From positions 171,483 to 235,482 of the forward strand of contig CAVWBU010000024.1 of assembly GCA_963753345.1 (NCBI GenBank): DNA of 64,000 nt, in the 5' to 3' direction. The stretch comes from an uncultured Fibrobacterota bacterium (GTDB lineage: Bacteria > Fibrobacterota > Chitinivibrionia > Chitinivibrionales > FEN-1185). The notes below the pieces were generated by a model. It was not told the DNA's origin. It searched no databases and saw only the letters and a list, made by a program, of their open reading frames with translations. Made by a program: the position numbers and the translations under genes. Positions 19,116 through 26,182 of the stretch are shown here, piece by piece (the first letter of the stretch is position 1; each line of letters opens with the position of its first letter).

Positions 19116-21005
19116 ATGGAAAACGGATCACCCGATCGAGAAGTGGAGAGCGGCGGCCCTGGGCCTTCGTCCCCGGGCATTCTCTCACGGGAGATTCCGG
19201 TGCTGCCCGACGGCTCCGCTCCCCTGCCGCTCGGCTCCGGCACCATCGTGTCGGTGCTCGGCGAGGGCGGCGTTGCTATCGTGTACGAGATCTGGGTGGA
19301 AAAGCTCGGGGTCGCCCGCGCCGTGAAGGTGCTCAAGCCGAACGCCTCCATCGAATCGGCCGGCAGGTTCGAAACCGAAATGCGGATAACGGCCCAGTTG
19401 CGCCATCCCAACATCATCGAAATCCACAACGTGGGCGAGTGGCACGGGCTCCCCTACATCGAGATGGAAAAGATAGAAGGGTTTTCCCTCGACACCATCA
19501 TCCGCGAACGGGGGAGCCTGCCCCTTCCAATCTGCACGTCCATAGCGATCATCACGTGCAGGGCGCTTTCCTACACGCACAACCATGTCTATCTTGTAAA
19601 CGATGTGGAACACCGCGGGATCCTGCACCGCGACCTCAAGCCGGGCAACATCATGATCTCGCGGTCGGGCGCGGTGAAACTCATGGACTTCGGCCTTGCC
19701 ACGCCGACCGGCATCTCCATGCACACCATGGAGGGGACCGTGGTGGGATCGCTGCAGTACATAGCGCCGGAGCTTTTAGAGGAAAGCCGGCGGGCCGATG
19801 CGCGGTCCGACATCTTTTCGCTCGGCTGCGTGCTGTACGAGATGATAACCGGTCACAAAACGTTCTCCGAGAAGAACATGGCCAAGCTGGTGACGGCGCG
19901 GCTCAAGAACGACTACAAACCGCTGGGGGAATTCAGGGTCAAATGCCCTCGCTCGCTTGCAACGCTGGTGACCGGCTGTCTCGCGCTGCACCCGGAAAAA
20001 CGCTTTCGTTCCGCCGCGGAAGTCCTGAGGCGGCTGGAGAAAATTCACGCAAGACTGACAAATGACAAGCCGGAAGACCTTGTCGAATGCTACATCAACT
20101 CCAGCCTCCGGAAGAACACCGTCTCGTTCAGGCGGCCGCTGCCCCGTTTCGGCGTCGCTCCCGCGGTCGCCGCCGCGGCGGTCGCTATCGGCGGGTGCCT
20201 GTTTGCCATGCCCGATCTCCCCTACCGTATTGAGCGCTTCATCGCGTACGCGCGATTCACCAGCGCGCCGGAGGCCTATCGCCGGATAACCGGCTTGCCC
20301 GCGGCGAGGCGGTTGTCCGGGAAACGGCAGGGCCAGTCTTCCGAAGGACCGGTTCCCTCCCGTAAAGCTTGGACCGGCGAGAATCCTGCGTCCCCGGCCG
20401 AGCCGAAGAGCGGCTGGCAGTCCGGTGCGGCTCCCGGCCCGGAAGACCGGGCTCTTGTCGCGGCGCTGCAGAGAAAATACGGCACCAGAGACATGCTCGA
20501 CATACTGGGCCGCGAAACGGACAAAGGCAAATTCGTTTCCACGCTCAGGCTGTTCGACGCGCTCGACAGGGAGAGCGCCGCCACGGTTAGAGCGCGCCTG
20601 TACCTAATGCGCGCGCTGAAGGGGCTGGGCAACAAAGGGGCGCTCGCGGCATTCTTCATGAGGCCCGACATTCCCGACAAGGAATACTTTGTCGCCAAGG
20701 CCCAGTACCTTGCGTCCCTCAAACGGTACATCGAAGCGATTGACATGTGCGAAACAGGCAGGCAGTCGCCGGCCTGCATCGGCGTGGCCGATTCCCTCGA
20801 TCGGATGGCGTCGTATCTCAAGGCGTCCTGCCTCACGAGCCTGTTCGTGGCATCATCGACTGAGGCGAACAGAAAGCGCGCCCTGGAAAGCTGGAACGAA
20901 CTCAAGGCCCTTATGCGCACCAGGCAGGACGACCCGTACTACGGTCTTGCGGAAAAGAACATCCGCCTGCTCTCCGACCGGCCGAGCGGGGCGGCCCGTG
21001 AATAG
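19116..21005 (+). CDS. Hanks-type Ser/Thr protein kinase with a C-terminal helical-repeat domain
   Basis: Kinase motifs are GEGGVAIVY, VARAVKVLK, HRDLKPGNIM, DFGLA and YIAPE. One TM-like segment (VAPAVAAAAVAIGGCLFA) is followed by a TPR-like tail. Confidence 0.85.
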   Translation: MENGSPDREVESGGPGPSSPGILSREIPVLPDGSAPLPLGSGTIVSVLGEGGVAIVYEIWVEKLGVARAVKVLKPNASIESAGRFETEMRITAQLRHPNIIEIHNVGEWHGLPYIEMEKIEGFSLDTIIRERGSLPLPICTSIAIITCRALSYTHNHVYLVNDVEHRGILHRDLKPGNIMISRSGAVKLMDFGLATPTGISMHTMEGTVVGSLQYIAPELLEESRRADARSDIFSLGCVLYEMITGHKTFSEKNMAKLVTARLKNDYKPLGEFRVKCPRSLATLVTGCLALHPEKRFRSAAEVLRRLEKIHARLTNDKPEDLVECYINSSLRKNTVSFRRPLPRFGVAPAVAAAAVAIGGCLFAMPDLPYRIERFIAYARFTSAPEAYRRITGLPAARRLSGKRQGQSSEGPVPSRKAWTGENPASPAEPKSGWQSGAAPGPEDRALVAALQRKYGTRDMLDILGRETDKGKFVSTLRLFDALDRESAATVRARLYLMRALKGLGNKGALAAFFMRPDIPDKEYFVAKAQYLASLKRYIEAIDMCETGRQSPACIGVADSLDRMASYLKASCLTSLFVASSTEANRKRALESWNELKALMRTRQDDPYYGLAEKNIRLLSDRPSGAARE

Positions 21006-21006
21006 G

Positions 21007-21498
21007 ATGCCACAGCATGCGCGCGCCGCGGCCGCGCTGCTTGCGTGTTGCGCGCTGCACGCATTCCCCGACGCCATCGTTATCAGCGGCAACGGCCCCG
21101 ACTTCCCCCTTGACGTGGACAGCGTTTCCTTTGTCGCCTGGCACGACTCCGGCAAAACGGCCGATTCGCTGGTGAAGCCGCTTCCCGCCTCGCTGTACGC
21201 CGAAGTGCGGGACAACATCGACTCGGTGTACAATTACGCCTCCGCGCTCTCGCTGCGCAGAAAGGAACTTTCCGGCTGCCCGCATGGACGGCCCTACAAC
21301 GCGCGCCTTTCGTTCTTCACCATGGGAACGCCGTCGCTCAGGATCCTGTTTTCGTGCGGGAACTACGCAAGCGCCAAGCTGCTCACCGCGACCGACCGGT
21401 ATCCGTTCGTGGTAAAGTTTACAAAGGGGTTTGCGGAGAAATTGAGGAAGATTGCGCGGGGCAAGCAAGGACGGCTGAGTGAGGTCCCGATAAAGTAG
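21007..21498 (+). CDS. hypothetical secreted protein
   Basis: An in-frame ATG lies 2 nt after the kinase stop. The signal-like N-terminus is MPQHARAAAALLACCALHA. Confidence 0.5.
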   Translation: MPQHARAAAALLACCALHAFPDAIVISGNGPDFPLDVDSVSFVAWHDSGKTADSLVKPLPASLYAEVRDNIDSVYNYASALSLRRKELSGCPHGRPYNARLSFFTMGTPSLRILFSCGNYASAKLLTATDRYPFVVKFTKGFAEKLRKIARGKQGRLSEVPIK

Positions 21499-21540
21499 CC
21501 GGATATTTCTTGCGAAAAAGAGACTTCTCTTCTGAAATAA

Positions 21541-21575
21541 CCTCACCCCCGGCCCCTCTCCGCCCGGAGAGGGGA
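21541..21575. repeat. left inverted repeat flanking the DUF559 gene
   Basis: CCTCACCCCCGGCCCCTCTCCGCCCGGAGAGGGGA is nearly the reverse complement of 21967-22003. It also contains its own stem CCCCTCTCC/GGAGAGGGG. Confidence 0.8.
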
Positions 21576-21587
21576 GAATGGACTGCT

Positions 21588-22001
21588 ATGAAACAAAATA
21601 TGACAAGTGGTGTGGTGGCGCTGCAATATGTGGATGATTACAAGAAACGACAGTGCCGCGCTTTACGGCAGGAATCAACCAAAACGGAGAAATTATTCTG
21701 GCGTGCAGTCCGAAACAGGAAAATAGAGGGACTTAAATTCCGGCGTCAACAAGTGATCGAAGGTTTTGTTGTTGATTTCTATTGTGAGGAATTGAGGCTG
21801 ATCGTTGAGTTGGATGGATGCGTACACGATGAAATCGAACAGCAAAAAATGGACGAACAACGAAAAAGAGTATTTGAAAGACGCGGTCTGACTGAAATCC
21901 GGTTCTCCAACGATGAAATCATGAATAACATGCCGAAGGTGCTTCAAAAAATAGGTGCCCGAAAATTCCCCTCTCCGGGCGGAGAGGGGATACAGGGGTG
22001 A
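21588..22001 (+). CDS. DUF559 (Vsr-like fold) endonuclease-domain protein
   Basis: The LFWRAVRNRKIEGLKFRRQQVIEGFVVDFYCEELRLIVELDGCVHD pattern is typical of DUF559. The start is ATG 21588, and the stop codon lies inside the right inverted repeat. Confidence 0.75.
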   Translation: MKQNMTSGVVALQYVDDYKKRQCRALRQESTKTEKLFWRAVRNRKIEGLKFRRQQVIEGFVVDFYCEELRLIVELDGCVHDEIEQQKMDEQRKRVFERRGLTEIRFSNDEIMNNMPKVLQKIGARKFPSPGGEGIQG

Positions 22002-22003
22002 GG
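21967..22003. repeat. right inverted repeat flanking the DUF559 gene
   Basis: TCCCCTCTCCGGGCGGAGAGGGGATACAGGGGTGAGG is the partner of 21541-21575. Confidence 0.8.
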
Positions 22004-22070
22004 TTCCCTCGGATGTGGAAGGCGGATGGCATTTTGATCATTTGGTAAAAGCGCGCACAAGCTGCGGCCC

Positions 22071-23099
22071 CTATTTCTTCCTACTCTTATGCGTCAACTT
22101 TACCTCCCGCCACGCTCCGATGCGCTTGTCTTTCACGAGCTTGAGGTGCGGCGTCTCCCCGGCGTCGAATATCATAAGCTCCTTGTCGGTGATCACCGTG
22201 CGTCCGCGCAGCGTCACGCCCATTCTGTTGATCGCCCGGTACTGCGTCACGAGGTGCTCGCGCATGCGCTCGAAGTCGTCGTGCTGCTCGCTGAAGGAGA
22301 AGAACAGCGTGGCGATCCCGGCCTCCCGGAGGCGCCGGTAGAGTTTGAGGGGGAACTGCTTGATCTGGCGCCGCCGCTCGAAACCGCGCTTCTGGTAGAT
22401 GGAATTCCTGTCGGTAAATAGTAAATAACAGAAGTGGGCGTCGGGAAACAGGGTGGCGAGCGGTCCGAACAGGTTGCGCAGGAGATCGTCGGCGTTCACC
22501 GTGAGTTTCTCAAGCTTGCTTTCCAGCACCAGAATGTTGCGCTGGCGGAAGTAGCGGTAGTCGAACAGGCCGTCGAGCTCCTTGATGTTCTCATAGCCGA
22601 ACTTGCCCCTGCCGGTCTTCTTGAGGATCACAAGGTTGGGATATTTTCGTATTTTAAGGATATACTGCTGGGTGTTGGTGATGATGAAATCGTCGCGTTC
22701 TTTGGGATTGAAGCGCCGGTCGAAGATACCGCCGGTCTTGCCGAGCGGGTTAACGTGCTTAAGCCAGTATTTGGTGACGCGTCGCGCAATGCGCTCGGCG
22801 ATGTCGCCCACGATATTGCCCCACGCGGCATTGTCAAACGCGTACGGCGCGGCCAGAAGATCGCCCACGGTGTACAGCGGATAGCTGATGCTTTCGATCC
22901 GGTACTCGATGATGACTTTGTCAAGGTTGCCGCGGCCTTCGTTGATTTCGTCGTTGGGGTTGTGCAGGCGGTATGTTCCACGAACGCCGTGGTCGCGCCG
23001 CAGGGAATGGATGACCTCGCCGTCCGCCGCTCCGGAAGGGTTCCAGGCGGCCGGCTCAAAACCGGCGAACAGGGAATAGGGATCGTAGGGTGCGGTCAT
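22071..23099 (-). CDS. hypothetical protein, possible PD-(D/E)xK nuclease fold
   Basis: The 342-aa product has balanced composition. The candidate motif is ELD176GLF ... 12 aa ... VLE193SK195. No other family signature was recognised. Confidence 0.6.
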   Translation of the reverse strand: MTAPYDPYSLFAGFEPAAWNPSGAADGEVIHSLRRDHGVRGTYRLHNPNDEINEGRGNLDKVIIEYRIESISYPLYTVGDLLAAPYAFDNAAWGNIVGDIAERIARRVTKYWLKHVNPLGKTGGIFDRRFNPKERDDFIITNTQQYILKIRKYPNLVILKKTGRGKFGYENIKELDGLFDYRYFRQRNILVLESKLEKLTVNADDLLRNLFGPLATLFPDAHFCYLLFTDRNSIYQKRGFERRRQIKQFPLKLYRRLREAGIATLFFSFSEQHDDFERMREHLVTQYRAINRMGVTLRGRTVITDKELMIFDAGETPHLKLVKDKRIGAWREVKLTHKSRKK

Positions 23100-23111
23100 G
23101 GTCTTTTTACG

Positions 23112-23131
23112 CGCCGGTAAATTTACCGGCG
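23112..23131. promoter_or_regulatory. perfect 20-bp palindrome upstream of the orphan gene
   Basis: CGCCGGTAAATTTACCGGCG lies 13 nt upstream of the ATG at 23099, in the divergent intergenic region shared with the IMPase gene. Confidence 0.4.
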
Positions 23132-23302
23132 GTTGTCAATGTTCACGCTCGCCATTTGTGTAATGAAATACTGCATGGGACGCGCCCGCCGCAACGATTT
23201 GCGCCGGGCGTGCCCGGCGCTTGCGATGGCGCGCCGTTTGGATGCATATTTACAGAGTGAAATCCGCCCGACGCGCGGCTGCGGAGAAGGCGCAGGCATC
23301 CC

Positions 23303-24064
23303 ATGACCTACGACAGAGAACTCAAAACGGCAATGGACGCGGCGAGGGCCGCCGGTAAAATCCACCTTGCCTATCGAGGACGCGTTATGGCCGTGGAAAC
23401 CAAAGCCGACGCGTCGCCCGTCACCGAGGTCGACCGGAAATGCGAGACCGTGATCCGCGACATGCTGTTGCGCCGGTTTCCCGCAGACGGTTTTCTGGGC
23501 GAGGAGACCGGACGCGAACCGGGAAGGAGCGGCAGAACGTGGATCGTGGACCCGCTCGACGGCACGCGGCCGTTTCTCCGCGGCATCCCGACCCACAGTG
23601 TTCTTATCGCCCTTGAGGATGAAGACAAACTCGCGGTCGGCTGCATGCACCTTCCCGCGCTCGGCGAAACCTACTGGGCGCAGAGGGGCCGCGGCGCGTA
23701 CCTGAATGCAAGGCGCATCCGCGTTTCGAAGACCCGCAAACTTTCCAGGGTGATGGGCAGCGGCCTCGGATTTTTGGAGCATTCCACGGAGCGCAAGGGA
23801 AAGCGGCTTCTTTCCCTCATGAAAACGTGGGACTACGCCTACGGGTTCATGGACGCGTATTCGTACGGCGGCGTTGCGTGCGGTCGGCTTGACGTGTGCG
23901 TTAACCTTCTCGACAAACCATGGGACTGCGCCGCGGCCGCGTGCATCGTTGCGGAAGCGGGCGGCGCATTTTCTGATGTCAATGGACGCCGGTCGGTGCA
24001 CAACGGCTCGGTGATTCTTTCCAACGGCTTTGTCCACGATGCTGTTTTAGAGTATTTTGAGTAA
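23303..24064 (+). CDS. inositol monophosphatase family protein
   Basis: Motifs are EETG, WIVDPLDGTRPFLRG and WDCAAAACIVAEAGG. Confidence 0.85.
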   Translation: MTYDRELKTAMDAARAAGKIHLAYRGRVMAVETKADASPVTEVDRKCETVIRDMLLRRFPADGFLGEETGREPGRSGRTWIVDPLDGTRPFLRGIPTHSVLIALEDEDKLAVGCMHLPALGETYWAQRGRGAYLNARRIRVSKTRKLSRVMGSGLGFLEHSTERKGKRLLSLMKTWDYAYGFMDAYSYGGVACGRLDVCVNLLDKPWDCAAAACIVAEAGGAFSDVNGRRSVHNGSVILSNGFVHDAVLEYFE

Positions 24065-24121
24065 TCGCTTTGGCTTTTGATACTGGCGTTCGCTGCTCTG
24101 GCGGACCATGCAGGAGTTTTC

Positions 24122-25174
24122 GTGGGCACAAAATCGGACGAAAAACAGGACGAGGGACCGGGGCAGTCGCAGCGGCGATCCGAGAAAGCGGGCATCACCC
24201 ACTTCACCAAGGACATGGTTTCCGCGCTGGCCATGGCGCTCGTGGCAATCGTCTACATCATTCAGGCGTTCAAAATACCGAGCGGGTCCATGGAAGACAG
24301 CCTCCTGGTGGGCGACTTCCTTCTCGGCCTCAAGTTCATCTACGGCGCGCCGGTGCTGCCCTTTTCATACACCAAGTTTCCCGGCCTTGCCGACCCCAAG
24401 CCCGGCGACGTCATCATCTTCAAGTATCCCGGCACCGACAGGAAGGACTACATCAAGCGCTGCATCGCGGGCCCGGGCGACATTGTCAAGGTCGACACCA
24501 CGCGGGTCACGGTCAACGGCATGCCGTTCGCGCTTCCGCCCAAGGGGAAATTCATCCTTGGCGGCCGTGTGTTCGATTCATGCATCACCGACTTCGCGCC
24601 GCTGAGAGTGCCGAAGAAGGGCGACACCCTGCGGCTGGACGCCGACGTTCCCGGCCGTGAATTCCTGTACTACAAACACCTTGTCCATCAGGAAAATCCG
24701 CACGCGGTTGTTTCGGTGAAATATCAGCTTTACATCAACGGCGAATTCGCCAACAGCGAACGGGTGGTGGTCAGCTATTGGGGAGGCGCGTTCGGCGATA
24801 TCGATTTCAACCGGATGGACAACTGGGTGGAGATCGACAGGATACTACGGCAGGTGCCGGGACAATTCCCCGGCAAAACGGTTGAAATCAGGAAGCTCTT
24901 ATACCTCAACAACAGTCTCGTAAAGCAATACGTCATCAAGAACGACAACTACTTTATGATGGGCGACAACCGCGACAATTCCACCGATTCCCGCTACTGG
25001 GGATTCCTCAACCGCAACTTCGTGAAGGCAAAGGCCTTTATCCTCTATTTTTCCTGGGACAGCCGCCTGCCGCTGTGGGACCTGCCCGCAAAGATACGCT
25101 GGAACCGCATCGGAAAACTCATCCGCACCTGGGACGGCCGCGCGCTGCGCGCGCAGCACGCTGCGGTGCAGTAA
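24122..25174 (+). CDS. lepB: signal peptidase I
   Basis: Motifs are PSGSMEDSLLVGD, YIKRCIAGPGD and FMMGDNRDNSTDSRYWG. The preferred start is GTG 24122, with AGGAG 5 nt upstream. The ORF-track start at 24077 is a TTG. Confidence 0.85.
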   Translation: MGTKSDEKQDEGPGQSQRRSEKAGITHFTKDMVSALAMALVAIVYIIQAFKIPSGSMEDSLLVGDFLLGLKFIYGAPVLPFSYTKFPGLADPKPGDVIIFKYPGTDRKDYIKRCIAGPGDIVKVDTTRVTVNGMPFALPPKGKFILGGRVFDSCITDFAPLRVPKKGDTLRLDADVPGREFLYYKHLVHQENPHAVVSVKYQLYINGEFANSERVVVSYWGGAFGDIDFNRMDNWVEIDRILRQVPGQFPGKTVEIRKLLYLNNSLVKQYVIKNDNYFMMGDNRDNSTDSRYWGFLNRNFVKAKAFILYFSWDSRLPLWDLPAKIRWNRIGKLIRTWDGRALRAQHAAVQ

Positions 25175-25206
25175 GCGTTCCGCACGCTTTCCTCAGTTCT
25201 CTTAAG

Positions 25207-26148
25207 TCAATTTCTCCGGAGTTCGCCGCGCCAGTATTCGAGAAGGTCGCCAAGGGTTGTGGCAAAGGGGATTTCCGGCTCCCACGAGGTTTCGGCGCGC
25301 AGCCTGGCGTTGTCGCCGGCGAGCCTGAGGGAGGTCTTTACTTCCCGGAGCTTGGTCGGTTCCTCGACCACGGTCAGGGACGCTGTGGACATCCCCACCA
25401 GAGCGGCGAGAACGTCGGCCAGCCTGCGCGTGACGCCCGAACACACGTTGTACACCCGTCCGCGCCCGCCATTGTCCATGATGAGCCGGTAGGCGTTCAC
25501 CACGTCGCGCACGTCCGAAAAGTCAATTTCAACCTCGCAGTCGCCCACGCGGATCTCCTGCGGCGCAAGCCCGGCCTCGGCCTGCGCGATCTGCCTGGCC
25601 CAGTCGGAACAGACGAACAGGGGGGACTGTCCCGGTCCGGTGTGGTTGAACGAGCGGGTGAAGCGGATGTCAAGCCCGTACTGGCGGCAGTATTGAAGCC
25701 CGACAAGTTCCGTTGCATACTTGGAAATGCCGTAGAAATTCGAGGGGTTCGGCAGCGCGTCCTCGGACACAAGGCCTTCGGCGGTGATGTCGTATTCCTT
25801 TGCCGATCCGACCAGCAGCAGTTTTGCCTGCGGGGAGAACCGTTTCATTGCGTCGATGACGGAAATGGTTCCGACGATGTTGATCGCAAGCGCGCTGCGC
25901 GGCGTGCGGTCCGCTTCCGCCGGGAAGCTCACGCCGGCAAGGTGGTAGATTTCCTGGGGTTCATGGCGGGAGAGTGACTGGGCGACCATATCGCTGTCGG
26001 TGATATCGACGAAATCGTAGGCAACACCCTCGAGCAGGCACGTCTGCTCGATACCCATGCCTGTAACGCGCCGGCCGTTCCTTGACAGCAAGCCGGCAAG
26101 GTGCTGGCCCGCAAAACCGTTTATCCCGGTGATGAGCGCGGTGATCAT
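25207..26148 (-). CDS. NAD-dependent sugar epimerase/dehydratase (SDR family)
   Basis: The Rossmann motif ITGINGFAGQHL and the catalytic YGISK (YxxxK) are present. The size is 313 aa. Confidence 0.8.
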   Translation of the reverse strand: MITALITGINGFAGQHLAGLLSRNGRRVTGMGIEQTCLLEGVAYDFVDITDSDMVAQSLSRHEPQEIYHLAGVSFPAEADRTPRSALAINIVGTISVIDAMKRFSPQAKLLLVGSAKEYDITAEGLVSEDALPNPSNFYGISKYATELVGLQYCRQYGLDIRFTRSFNHTGPGQSPLFVCSDWARQIAQAEAGLAPQEIRVGDCEVEIDFSDVRDVVNAYRLIMDNGGRGRVYNVCSGVTRRLADVLAALVGMSTASLTVVEEPTKLREVKTSLRLAGDNARLRAETSWEPEIPFATTLGDLLEYWRGELRRN

Positions 26149-26182
26149 TGATTGGTGTTTTTCCTGTCCTTATTAAAAATAG

